Positions 21,220 through 30,236 of a DNA stretch of 64,000 nucleotides are shown here, one piece after another. The stretch is taken from the NCBI RefSeq assembly GCF_900167465.1, contig NZ_FUWR01000013.1:16288-80287 (forward strand), in the 5' to 3' direction. The number at the start of each line of letters is the position of its first letter. Position 1 is the first letter of the stretch. The position numbers and the translations under genes are program-made. Below the pieces are notes generated by a model. It was not told the origin of the DNA. It did no database searches and saw nothing but the letters and a program-made list of their open reading frames with translations. This stretch comes from Trichlorobacter thiogenes. GTDB taxonomy: Bacteria > Desulfobacterota > Desulfuromonadia > Geobacterales > Pseudopelobacteraceae.

Positions 21220-22352
21220 GGTGTCACCTCCCGCACCAGACCGCGCATCCGCTTCAACAGCAGTAACAGACCAATGGCTATCCCCCCCAGCACCAGGAAG
21301 AAGAGATACTTGGGCATCCAACGCCACCACCAGTCAAAAAACTTGGTGTAGAGGTTCAGCACAAAAAAGGTGCTGCCCAGGTTTACCATGTGAGAAAAGC
21401 CACCACGAATGCCAAACCAGATCACCCCTGCAGCCACAAAAAAACTGGCCACCTGATACCCATGTTCAATCTGTTTGGGCAGAAAGGTAAGGTAACTGCC
21501 TGCCCCCCAGTGGGACAGAATCAACAACGACAGCAACACCACCAACAGGCCATACAGGCGGTAGACCCCGGCAAAATAGCGATGCAGACTGCCCGGCAAC
21601 CAAGCTGCAGCAAAGAGTATCAGACCAGCAATCATGATGTTCTCCGGCCGCTCGCCAAAGGAAAGCCAGTAGATACCACTCCAAGTACCCACCGTGGCAG
21701 CCAGATACCCCATCAGGCTGGTAAGCCCGGCCACCAGCACCAGTTTCAGGTGATAGGTGTAGGCCAGGATCAGAGCCAGCGCCCCCCAGACAAGAAAGGC
21801 GTTCTGTGAAGGGGTAATGGTAAAGATCTGCCCAAACATAGACAGGTTCAACACAAAGGCGGCAAAGACCACCAGACTGATCAGCGAGGCAAAGTACAGG
21901 GTCCGTTCACGCCGGGCCGCAAACTCAACCCCAGCCAGGATCAGCAGCGGCGCACCGGAAAGAATCCCTACCTGCAGGCCGGTACCCAGGTTGCCCCAGA
22001 AGCGATAGAAAAAGAAAAACACCGCCGCAGAAAGCGCCAGTGCCCCAAGAAAGGAAACAATCCGCATTCCCAGCGACATCTGCCGGGCAGCACCGCTGGT
22101 ATCCACATCAAACTGCAGCTGAAGGCCCGCCAGCAGCTCAGTATGATAGGCGGCAACACTCCCCTTTTGTTCATCTGACAACGTCAGCGCACCAGCCGCC
22201 TCAAGCGCTGAAAGTTCCTGCCGGAACGAGGCTATCCGATCAGTACGCCGCTGGGCATCATCCCTGCCGATTGCGGCATCCACCGCAGCATATCCGCCAG
22301 TCTGTTGCTGACGATCTGGTAACGCCTCCATCATACCCCCTTTAGCATCCAT
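21216..22352 (-). CDS. polytopic inner-membrane protein (DUF2157-like)
   Basis: Soluble ~95-aa N-terminus then about 9 TM helices. 378 aa. Confidence 0.5.
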   Translation of the reverse strand: MDAKGGMMEALPDRQQQTGGYAAVDAAIGRDDAQRRTDRIASFRQELSALEAAGALTLSDEQKGSVAAYHTELLAGLQLQFDVDTSGAARQMSLGMRIVSFLGALALSAAVFFFFYRFWGNLGTGLQVGILSGAPLLILAGVEFAARRERTLYFASLISLVVFAAFVLNLSMFGQIFTITPSQNAFLVWGALALILAYTYHLKLVLVAGLTSLMGYLAATVGTWSGIYWLSFGERPENIMIAGLILFAAAWLPGSLHRYFAGVYRLYGLLVVLLSLLILSHWGAGSYLTFLPKQIEHGYQVASFFVAAGVIWFGIRGGFSHMVNLGSTFFVLNLYTKFFDWWWRWMPKYLFFLVLGGIAIGLLLLLKRMRGLVREVTP

Positions 22353-22356
22353 CAGA

Positions 22357-22809
22357 TCAGCGCAAACCTATCCGGGCCAGCAGAATTCCCAGATATTTGT
22401 TTAATGGATTATTACGACGCAACCAACGAATAGGAGATGGCTTGCGGGTGCCCAACTCCTGCAGCAGCTTCAAAATGGAAGAACTTTCGCCACAGGCAAA
22501 CCCCTGCCGCAGCGCCTGCACCGCCTCAGCCTTCTGGCCCGCCATCAGCAACAGCCTGCCGTAAAAGTAGTAATACTCCGCATTGTCAGGATACTGTTCC
22601 AGTGCAGCCCGGCACAGCTCCAGGCCACGGGCAACCTGCCCCCGTTCCTTGGCAATGCAATACCCCAGCATGGCATGCCACTGCGGATTATCCTGATGCC
22701 GCAAGGCAGACTCAAGCAGCAACAGCGCTGCCATGACATTACCGGAATCAAGAGCCTTGCGGGCCCTCTGGTATTCCTTCTCAGCCGATTCCATCAGTAC
22801 CTGTTCCAT
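22357..22809 (-). CDS. TPR-like repeat protein
   Basis: 150 aa of helical repeats (AALLLLESALRH..., YYYFYGRLLLMAG...). Confidence 0.6.
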   Translation of the reverse strand: MEQVLMESAEKEYQRARKALDSGNVMAALLLLESALRHQDNPQWHAMLGYCIAKERGQVARGLELCRAALEQYPDNAEYYYFYGRLLLMAGQKAEAVQALRQGFACGESSSILKLLQELGTRKPSPIRWLRRNNPLNKYLGILLARIGLR

Positions 22810-22824
22810 CGCTTCAGCCCTCCC

Positions 22825-23448
22825 CTACCCCAGATACAGCTCATCCAGCGACAGACTATACCCTGGCAAGAAGTGATCCAGGAAATAGATCACCTCAGGC
22901 AAGGGACTCTTACGCAGGCTTTCCAGATGCTCTGCCCCTGCCCGCTTAAACTCCAGATTACCGGACTTTTCCTCTTCCAGGCACTTGATCAGGGCTGCAA
23001 TCCTGTCAGCAGCCTTAATAAGCGGCTGATAGTCAGCATCCTGTTCCTCAAAGAAGAACAGCGGCTCGTAGACCAGTGACAGCTCCGGCGGCAGCATGGC
23101 CAGCAGTTTCCTGCGGGCGCGATCCTCAAGCTGATGGAAGGATTTTTTGAAGTTGGGATTAAAATGCTTCACCGGAGTGGGCATATCGCCGGTAAAGATC
23201 TCGCTGGCATCATGGAAGATACCGTACATGGCGGCCTGGTTCGGGTCCAGGGTACCACCGTAAAAGGTATTGCGGATCACTACCAGGGCATGGGCCAGCA
23301 TGGCCACATCAAGGGAATGCTCTTTGATATTCTCCGGCTGGGTATTGCGCATCAGGCCCCAGCGGTTGATATACTGCATCCGGGCCAGAAAGGCGAAAAA
23401 GTCGTGGCGATCAGCTGGTGCGGTTGGTTTCATGGTGTCTGCTTTCAT
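22825..23448 (-). CDS. yfbR: HD-domain 5-prime-deoxynucleotidase (YfbR-like)
   Basis: ENIKEHSLDVAMLAHAL...GIFHDASEIFTGDMPTPVK. About 200 aa. Confidence 0.75.
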   Translation of the reverse strand: MKADTMKPTAPADRHDFFAFLARMQYINRWGLMRNTQPENIKEHSLDVAMLAHALVVIRNTFYGGTLDPNQAAMYGIFHDASEIFTGDMPTPVKHFNPNFKKSFHQLEDRARRKLLAMLPPELSLVYEPLFFFEEQDADYQPLIKAADRIAALIKCLEEEKSGNLEFKRAGAEHLESLRKSPLPEVIYFLDHFLPGYSLSLDELYLG

Positions 23449-23614
23449 ACATTACATGCGATATTGAGGACGGTGGGCCGGCTTCCCTGCTCCACACGAT
23501 GCTTGCTGCTACTCCTTGCAGGGCAGGATAACGTCAATATGATGAAGAGCCGTGGGATGTCTACTGTAAAATTCCCTTTCGGGGATGAATAGGCTGTCGA
23601 ACTGCACCTAAGGG

Positions 23615-24904
23615 TTACAAAATAATGTGGTGGCTCTTGATTCTTGACGCTTCGTTATGATCAACACCTGTTTCGCGGGCGAATTCCATCCAGTTAGAAA
23701 CCGCCTCACCTACTTTATGGATTACCTTTTTGGCAGTCCCAATACCAAATCTGTTGGCAACGGCAAGCAAGTCCTCTCGGGTGATCCCCTTGAATTTACC
23801 GTTCACGGACATCAGATGCTGATCTGTCCACTCGCTTGCAGGGCTGTAGGCATGTGTAACGTCATAAGCCGGGGCAAGTTGCCATGATCCGAACTCTGCC
23901 ATAATGAAGGAATGGTTTTTGGTGTGATCATCACAGTTGGCAGCCATGACATTGAACGTCATACGACGGAATGCTTCCTCCATAGCCAGGTATCCAAGTC
24001 CCAGCTTGCTGATCACCATAAAATACTGAGCATAATCATGTGTTGCCTTCTGTTTGTAGTCGAGATGGGCCATAGCGCAGAGGGTAGTCATGTGGATCTT
24101 CCTGTTGCCGTCGCGGTCGAAGCGTTTGGTCATGAAGTGCGCCCGACCATTCTCCTCAATAAGCCTGCACGGTGACATGGTGATCCCTGCGTTTGTGGCC
24201 ATACGATAATAGGCCATCTCGATCCGGCCATAGTCCTGTGAACTGCCCAGCGCGAGATCTGTGCCCACACCATCGAATTTAAGCAGCCAGTGTTCAAAGC
24301 CCGGTGCAACGTCAAACTGGCCAGCGCGAATTTCGTTGGTATCCGGATTCCATGCTATTGCGGCCTTGGCGCGAGCACCTCCGGCTGATGTCCCTACCTG
24401 GATGATTTGGTTAAGAGCAGCTTCTGCCATGGCATCAGTTTGAAAATCACCGGATACAGATTGCCGGGCCACTTCAACAAGTTTAGACAGATCAATGGCC
24501 GTGCGACTGGAAGTCACTCTCGTTCTGGACGGTTTGAATTCCAGAGCGCCCATACTCCTTTTGCCCATATAGCCCAGACGGTCAAGGGCCGTGATTGAGT
24601 CCTTACTGACACCTTTTTGCGCCATCCAGGCATCGACCAGACTGTTGCCGAAATCATCCGGCAACGCATCCGACAGTAACGCAGGCAGACGTTTATAGGT
24701 AAGTTCCGGCAGAAACGGGAACACATAGGGCTCAAAACTAAGTGGCATCATAATCGGCGCCAGTTCAATGCCAAGCTTCACGAAATGCGGATAGTACGCA
24801 AAAACATAATAACCACTGCTCGGGTCAAGAACGACCGCCCCTACCCGCTTACCCCATATTTCAACTTCTATTTTATCAATCGGTATGTAAGCGGCCATGG
24901 CCAC
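23615..24904 (-). CDS. hipA: HipA-family toxin kinase
   Basis: HipA N-terminal plus kinase core (..NCDDHTKNHSF..). 429 aa. True start probably ATG 24896-24898. Confidence 0.85.
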   Translation of the reverse strand: MAMAAYIPIDKIEVEIWGKRVGAVVLDPSSGYYVFAYYPHFVKLGIELAPIMMPLSFEPYVFPFLPELTYKRLPALLSDALPDDFGNSLVDAWMAQKGVSKDSITALDRLGYMGKRSMGALEFKPSRTRVTSSRTAIDLSKLVEVARQSVSGDFQTDAMAEAALNQIIQVGTSAGGARAKAAIAWNPDTNEIRAGQFDVAPGFEHWLLKFDGVGTDLALGSSQDYGRIEMAYYRMATNAGITMSPCRLIEENGRAHFMTKRFDRDGNRKIHMTTLCAMAHLDYKQKATHDYAQYFMVISKLGLGYLAMEEAFRRMTFNVMAANCDDHTKNHSFIMAEFGSWQLAPAYDVTHAYSPASEWTDQHLMSVNGKFKGITREDLLAVANRFGIGTAKKVIHKVGEAVSNWMEFARETGVDHNEASRIKSHHIIL

Positions 24905-24906
24905 CT

Positions 24907-25254
24907 CTATTCAGAATGATCCGGCAACAGCAGTTCGTTCTTCGGTTTCAGCTTACGGGTTCTCGGCTTAAATACTTTTTGTCGTGGGGATTTCTGCGGA
25001 ATCATTTGCAGGGGGTTTACCGTGACTTTTGGCGCAAGTGTTTCCAGCCATTCTACCCGATTCAAGACCCGCAAAATTTTGATCAGGGATTTGGTCGTAG
25101 ACGTTTTTCCGGATTCGATTCGCTTTACAACATTCAGGGCGACTCCGGCTTGTTCAGAAAGAGCTTGCTGATCCATATTACGAAGGATTCTGAGATTGCG
25201 AATTTGCTGCCCCAAAACCTCTTCCCATTCTTCGGGCGTCCTGTAATTAACCAT
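24907..25254 (-). CDS. hipB: HipB-like XRE-family HTH antitoxin/regulator
   Basis: HTH QQALSEQAGVALNVVKRIESGK. Basic C-terminal tail. 2-nt gap to hipA. Confidence 0.75.
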   Translation of the reverse strand: MVNYRTPEEWEEVLGQQIRNLRILRNMDQQALSEQAGVALNVVKRIESGKTSTTKSLIKILRVLNRVEWLETLAPKVTVNPLQMIPQKSPRQKVFKPRTRKLKPKNELLLPDHSE

Positions 25255-25487
25255 AATAGCCCCTATATGATCTAATATAGAAAAACATACTTAATATAGC
25301 CTATATATAATCTACATTACTTAACTTACCATACAAAGTCCAGAAAGAATGCAACAAAACCAACATAACAGACCATATATAGTCTATTTTAATCTTTTTT
25401 ATGTATTTTATACCATATAAGAGCCATTAAAACCAAATGCAAATTCCATCCAAATCATCAAGGTCTTGATGCGGGTTGAGTAGCGGC

Positions 25488-25557
25488 CAACGGCGTACCC
25501 CCATGACCCGCCCGCCCAGGTTTTTCAGGCGGTCGGCGTCCATGGGGCTTGTTGGGA
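25488..25557. repeat. copy A of a CAACGG...GTTGGGA imperfect-palindromic repeat (attC-like candidate)
   Basis: caacggcgtacccccatgacccgcccgcc-caggtttttca-ggcggtcggcgtccatggggcttgttggga. Lies 3-prime of the SEC-C gene. Confidence 0.6.
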
Positions 25558-25666
25558 TATTTTGCAGTTTGTTCACTATTTCAAATTTGGAGACGCGGCC
25601 CCTCAGCCTCCCCGCTGATAATACGGGGAGTGTCTCCAGTTCCCCCATGGATGTCCCTATTTATTC

Positions 25667-28069
25667 TTAACGGCCATGACACTTTTTGTATTTTGCACCA
25701 CTACCGCAGGGACACGGATCATTCCGCCCCGGCTTTTTCGTATTCCCTAGGGGCATGACGTTTTTCGGCTGGTTTAGATTCACCGCCCGAGTTGGTTGAG
25801 CCATTCGCGCGGCATCTTCGTAAATGTAGGCGTTTTCTTCCGTTCGTACCGCCGGTATGCGGACCACGAAAGATTGCGCCCGATGGTAGGTTCCATTGGG
25901 ACTAACCTCCGCCACGACGCCAATGACGTTAGAGGCTTTGACGGCTAATGCAGCTGCGCTGGCCTTGTCATTCACCTTGGTCCAGTCAATTTGGTAGTCG
26001 TGATGTTGAAGCCAAACGAAAAGCGGCTTACCGTCCCCGGATAGAGTAAAGTAACGGGCGGGATTCTGGTTCAGGGTTTGGCGAAGATCGGACAGGATCT
26101 TGGCCAGATTTTTCCGCCCTTCCTCTCCTAAATCACGGATATGGCTCTCCACTGAAAGCCACCCTCGAGCTCGGGTGGCGTCAAGTACTTCAAGCAGCTT
26201 CAGCACCTCTTCCGGGAAGTCCTGCGTCGGAAATGGCCTATTTTCCCAGTCTTCCCCCTCGAAGCTCCTGTCGACGATGTCGCACATGCCATCCCAGATG
26301 AGCATATTCGCTTTGCCATCCTTCAACTGATCGGCAATTTCCTGATCGAAGCGGTTCTTTTTCAGGTACGCCCCCAGATGGTCGAACTCATCGAAGAGAT
26401 GAGCCTGGCGCATTCCTGCCACGGCTTGCCGAACCTCCATGTAGTGAGCAAACGAGCCGGGTGTGGGCAGGAACCGCTTGAGTACGAACAGGTCATCAAT
26501 GGACAGCGAAACGAAGGCATGCTTGCCAAGGAGCGGCTCAACCTGCGGCAGTACCTTGCAGTATGCCGAAAAGGGCGAGAATGACTCGACTGTCAGTCCA
26601 ATCGGCACCATCACACGGTAGTCAGAGCGGCGGACACGGCCGCATTCTTCATACTTGCCGTCGATGAGGCGGTAGAGCGGCACTTCGTCCGCAGAATTCA
26701 GGTAGCTAAAAAAGCGCTCGCACTGCTTGTACGCCTTGAGTACCAAGTCTTGCACGGACTGGGCGTGGCGGCCGAAATCAAGCGCTGGCGACGCAATGGT
26801 AGCAGCGGCTCCTGCCTTGGCTTCAACCAGGAACAGTATGTCATCGATCAGGATAAGGGTGTCGTTCTCGGACCACTGCTTGCTTGCAGGATCCTTGTAG
26901 TAGACCTCCTGGAAAACTGTGGCGCCAGGAAGTTGGTCGGCTAGAATGTCGGCGAAGGCGGCTTCACTCATCGCCTTCTGCCGATTCTCAAAGGTCTTCT
27001 TGTACTCCTGCTTTCTCTGAAGAAGGTTGTAGAGAAGCGCACGATACCCCGCGTCGCGGGTGAAGCACGGGTCGATAGCGTAGTAGTCCGATCCAACCTG
27101 AATTAAGGGTTTCTTCCGGGCAGGTAGTGTCCGGTAGGGCGTCCCCGCAAAATCACCCGCAGCGAAAAACTCGGTTTCTTCTCCGCGACAGTACGCTAAG
27201 TCAGCCAGCAGCTTCGGCGGTAGCTTCGTGTGACAGCTCACGTTGGCGATACCGCCACGAAACATGTCATTAATCGCTTGCACTGCAGCTTGCGACTGTT
27301 CTGCATTGGCCGCAGCCCACGCCTCTATGACGCCTTCCAGAGGCTTATCCTGTGCTGCAGCAAAGGCCTGTGCTTCCTCAAACTGCTTACTCATTTCCAT
27401 GATCGCGTCGGCATACCCAGAACGTGTGGAGTTAGCCATTGCCTGGAAGCCTTCCGCGATATCGGCGGCTCCGACGCCGTACACCTCTATAAGGACATCA
27501 TTGTGAGGAGCCAGAACGTAGCGGTAGAACTCTTCTTCCAAAACTTGGTAGCGATTTCCGCGCAGCATGACCCAGGTAGATTTGGCGCGGAATTCAATGT
27601 CGGCCGTGTCGGGACCGAATACGCCGTCCTTGGTATCGGCGGACGTGGCCATGGCGAAAAACATGGCCAACTCTCGCAGTTTTCTGCCAAGTTCAAACAG
27701 CTCGGTGCACTGAGCTTCGTCGAATGCCATTTCCGGAGGAGCAGCATCTGACGCAAGAACCGCGTGTACGTACTCCAACAGGAACTGGTTCTCGTTGATC
27801 AGATCATCCGGGCCGTCCTCTTCGCGTTTCTCCTCGGTGGCGCTTTGGTCTGCCATCGCGTTCATCATGTACTGGGCATAGATGTAGCCGAGCAGATCAT
27901 GCGGAGGCATGGTGACAATTAGCTCGCGCATTCGAGCTGCAATCGCTTCCATTTCTTTCAACATGGAAGCCGCAGTTTCTTTTCTTTTTATATCGTCCAT
28001 AACCAACATATCCCCGATATTTCTGGGAGGAATTCGGGACACCCCTCGGTTTTTCACATGCCGATTCAA
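25667..28069 (-). CDS. large hypothetical protein with C-terminal SEC-C metal-binding motif; possible PD-(D/E)xK nuclease core
   Basis: C-terminus GRNDPCPCGSGAKYKKCHGR (SEC-C). Mid-protein LILIDDILFLVEAKAG resembles a D...ExK nuclease motif (inference). Start ambiguous (TTG 28069 or ATG 28009). GC about 52-55%. Confidence 0.55.
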   Translation of the reverse strand: MNRHVKNRGVSRIPPRNIGDMLVMDDIKRKETAASMLKEMEAIAARMRELIVTMPPHDLLGYIYAQYMMNAMADQSATEEKREEDGPDDLINENQFLLEYVHAVLASDAAPPEMAFDEAQCTELFELGRKLRELAMFFAMATSADTKDGVFGPDTADIEFRAKSTWVMLRGNRYQVLEEEFYRYVLAPHNDVLIEVYGVGAADIAEGFQAMANSTRSGYADAIMEMSKQFEEAQAFAAAQDKPLEGVIEAWAAANAEQSQAAVQAINDMFRGGIANVSCHTKLPPKLLADLAYCRGEETEFFAAGDFAGTPYRTLPARKKPLIQVGSDYYAIDPCFTRDAGYRALLYNLLQRKQEYKKTFENRQKAMSEAAFADILADQLPGATVFQEVYYKDPASKQWSENDTLILIDDILFLVEAKAGAAATIASPALDFGRHAQSVQDLVLKAYKQCERFFSYLNSADEVPLYRLIDGKYEECGRVRRSDYRVMVPIGLTVESFSPFSAYCKVLPQVEPLLGKHAFVSLSIDDLFVLKRFLPTPGSFAHYMEVRQAVAGMRQAHLFDEFDHLGAYLKKNRFDQEIADQLKDGKANMLIWDGMCDIVDRSFEGEDWENRPFPTQDFPEEVLKLLEVLDATRARGWLSVESHIRDLGEEGRKNLAKILSDLRQTLNQNPARYFTLSGDGKPLFVWLQHHDYQIDWTKVNDKASAAALAVKASNVIGVVAEVSPNGTYHRAQSFVVRIPAVRTEENAYIYEDAARMAQPTRAVNLNQPKNVMPLGNTKKPGRNDPCPCGSGAKYKKCHGR

Positions 28070-28120
28070 TAAATACGGGGAGTACCCCTAGTTTTTCAAA
28101 AAATATATTCTCTTAGCATT

Positions 28121-28192
28121 CAACGGGATGCCCGGTTGACCCGCGCCGGGGCGATTCTCAGCCCCGGTCGGTGTCTAACCGGCTGGTTGGGA
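28121..28192. repeat. copy C of the repeat family
   Basis: caacgggatgcccggttgacccgcgccggggc-gattctca-gccccggtcggtgtctaaccggctggttggga. Stem differs from copy A by compensatory changes. Overlaps the stop of the Abi-like gene. Confidence 0.6.
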
Positions 28193-29236
28193 CGGATTTG
28201 ATTTCCTGCTCTCGTCGGAGTTTGATGGACGCAAGTCATATGGGACCCCCCCATTCTGACCAAAAGCTCCGCCGTAGCACTTTTCAAAATTAAACCTAAT
28301 GTTTTTTTGTTCTTTATACTGTAAGAACATTTCATCACTAGCTATTGCAGCACTACTGCCAGCCAACGAATAGCCATTTTCTGTAGGCTCAATAGGTAGG
28401 TGCTCAAGCATTGCGTACTCGATGAGAAGGTTTTTGAATTGGCCTCTGTCACAAACTCCATCAAGACAATTAATAAATAGCAATGCTAATTCCTTAGCAG
28501 ATAGTTGTGCCCGCAAAATGCCGGCGAACTTTCGCTTGTCAAGTTCTGTTGCCTTGTCTTTGTCGTAGTTGTCTATTAATTTTAAGGCTTGATACAAATT
28601 TCTGAAATAGTGACCAAGAATATGATTACTCTTATCTTGAATTTTCTTGTATCTCGCTAGAACTTCGTCTGGTGAGGATGTACCTGATGTTATGAAAGTA
28701 AATATTTCGTCAAAAGCCCCACGGCCTTCAACAATCGTTTTCTTTTTAATCATCGAAGCATTAAATATTTCAGCCAATGATGTCGCTGCACCAGTTTTTT
28801 CATTTAATTCTTCTATGTCAACTTTGATGTTATCTACAATCTTGTGGTGGAGATCAAGGATATTGAAAAATGTGGTTTCTACTGCTTGTCGATTTAACGC
28901 TTCTGATGTTTTTTCATATTCTACTCTTGCAAACTTTAACTCCTGTCTTTGAATTACAATCGTAGCTATTAGTCCAAAGAAGGTCAGGAATGTAAGGACA
29001 GGGTTTAGTACGCCACCAAAGAAATCACCAAATACACCGATATAATCTTTTTTTCCTATATAAAGTAAAAACAGGTCGAGGGCCAGAAGACATATAGCCG
29101 CAACCGCTGAGAAAACTAATAATTTGTATAAGAGGTTGGTTAATGCGGACTCACCAGCTTCTTCGTGAAATAGTTCATCAAATTGAGGATACTTACTATC
29201 AATCCATTTGCCAAACTTCTTGAAGAACACAATCAA
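28175..29236 (-). CDS. putative phage abortive-infection-like membrane protein (two N-terminal TM helices, GDFFGG motif)
   Basis: 353 aa, about 35% GC. N-terminal TM pair around ...GVFGDFFGGVLNPVLTFLTFFG... Family assignment (putAbiC-like) is from memory, not a search. Likely start GTG 29230 (AAGGAG 6 nt upstream). Confidence 0.45.
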   Translation of the reverse strand: MIVFFKKFGKWIDSKYPQFDELFHEEAGESALTNLLYKLLVFSAVAAICLLALDLFLLYIGKKDYIGVFGDFFGGVLNPVLTFLTFFGLIATIVIQRQELKFARVEYEKTSEALNRQAVETTFFNILDLHHKIVDNIKVDIEELNEKTGAATSLAEIFNASMIKKKTIVEGRGAFDEIFTFITSGTSSPDEVLARYKKIQDKSNHILGHYFRNLYQALKLIDNYDKDKATELDKRKFAGILRAQLSAKELALLFINCLDGVCDRGQFKNLLIEYAMLEHLPIEPTENGYSLAGSSAAIASDEMFLQYKEQKNIRFNFEKCYGGAFGQNGGVPYDLRPSNSDESRKSNPSQPAG

Positions 29237-29249
29237 CTCCTTTTTGTTG

Positions 29250-29304
29250 CAACGGCTTGGGAGAACAACGGCGTTTTTTGGCCGCTGCTTCTGCCTTGTT
29301 GGAA
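29250..29304. repeat. copy D (shorter, more degenerate) of the repeat family
   Basis: caacggcttgggagaacaacggcg-ttttttg-gccgctgcttctgccttgttggaa. Abuts the SD of the Abi-like gene. Confidence 0.45.
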
Positions 29305-29361
29305 CCTCACATTTTTTCCGCTTTCATATATATTAAATTCGGGATCAGCGAGTTTTTTGTT

Positions 29362-30006
29362 TTATTTACGAGTACTTGATCTAATACTGCTGATATCTGA
29401 GTTGTTTAAAATCGTTGTTTCATTTCCTGCAAAATATGCTACTTGATTCTGGCTTGAGGTGATTATATAGCCATCTGTACTCTTGTTGCCCGCTTTCAAA
29501 AGTATTGTTGACTTAAATAATTTGTCTGATGCGGCATTTTCTTTAAATCTTAAAGCCGCTTCTTTTCCGGATTTATCTGATGCTATTAAAGCAAATAGAA
29601 TACCTATGAATAAAACAAGAAGTGCTGTTGCTAGTATTAGCATCCGATACGAAAAACCAGAAAATTTATTGATGTCATATATGCCTTCATTGATATTTGA
29701 TTCTGATTTGTCTGACGTAAAGTTACTTGGAGTAACTTGTCTAATTTTATTGACTCTATTTATGATAAACTCTCCAATTAATGCAGTAACTAGAACTAAT
29801 TCAGCTGCTACGAAAAACCACACAACTGCTGATGCACCCATTGTTGATAATGACACAAAACCTTGAAATATAGTTTGGTCAATAGACAGCGGGAACAAAG
29901 AATCATTAATGCCAAATTCGCGGAGATAGCCTTGGTGAAAGGTAAGCCCTAGAGTGTACAGTGTTGCAGTAATCATGGAGATTATTACTGAAGCGTGTTT
30001 TAGCAT
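29362..30006 (-). CDS. hypothetical small membrane protein (3-4 TM), AT-rich
   Basis: 214 aa. AAGGAG SD 5 nt upstream of ATG 30004-30006. No recognisable domain. Confidence 0.5.
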   Translation of the reverse strand: MLKHASVIISMITATLYTLGLTFHQGYLREFGINDSLFPLSIDQTIFQGFVSLSTMGASAVVWFFVAAELVLVTALIGEFIINRVNKIRQVTPSNFTSDKSESNINEGIYDINKFSGFSYRMLILATALLVLFIGILFALIASDKSGKEAALRFKENAASDKLFKSTILLKAGNKSTDGYIITSSQNQVAYFAGNETTILNNSDISSIRSSTRK

Positions 30007-30141
30007 TATAACTCCTTAGCAAAAATGCTCATGTATATTTGGCACTTTGTTACTCATTCTTCCCGTTCAGCTAGCGAGGCCACAAAAACTTCACCTCATT
30101 TTTTCCCTGCCACCACTCCAGCCGCGCCAAGTCACGATTTT

Positions 30142-30211
30142 CAACGGGGTGCCCCCATGACCCGACCGCCCAGAATTTTAGGGCGGTCGGCGTCCATGGG
30201 GCTTGTTGGAA
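30142..30211. repeat. copy B of the repeat family
   Basis: caacggggtgcccccatgacccgaccgcc-cagaattttag-ggcggtcggcgtccatggggcttgttggaa. About 89% identical to copy A. Lies 3-prime of the GNAT gene. Confidence 0.6.
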
Positions 30212-30236
30212 CATTATTCTTTACTTCTGTCCCGTA

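Noticed and set aside
23571-23590. Short hairpin TCCC-tttc-GGGA 30 nt downstream of hipA as a terminator
   Set aside because: Only a 4-bp stem. Too weak to call.
25427-25670. Small ORFs 25427-25648 (minus) and 25476-25670 (plus) overlapping repeat A, plus 30025-30240 (plus) overlapping repeat B
   Set aside because: They exist only because the repeat is open in several frames. The shared peptide PMTRPPR...RSASMGLVG just mirrors repeat similarity. No SD.
25488-30211. CRISPR array interpretation of the four repeats
   Set aside because: Repeat spacing is 1-2.6 kb and each interval is a full gene, not 30-40-bp spacers. The repeats are 55-72 bp imperfect palindromes. No cas genes.
25488-30211. 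Simple attL/attR duplication of an integrated prophage or ICE bounded by copies A and B
   Set aside because: There are four copies including internal ones, each paired with one ORF. No integrase, excisionase or phage/conjugation genes lie between them. The cassette-array model fits better.
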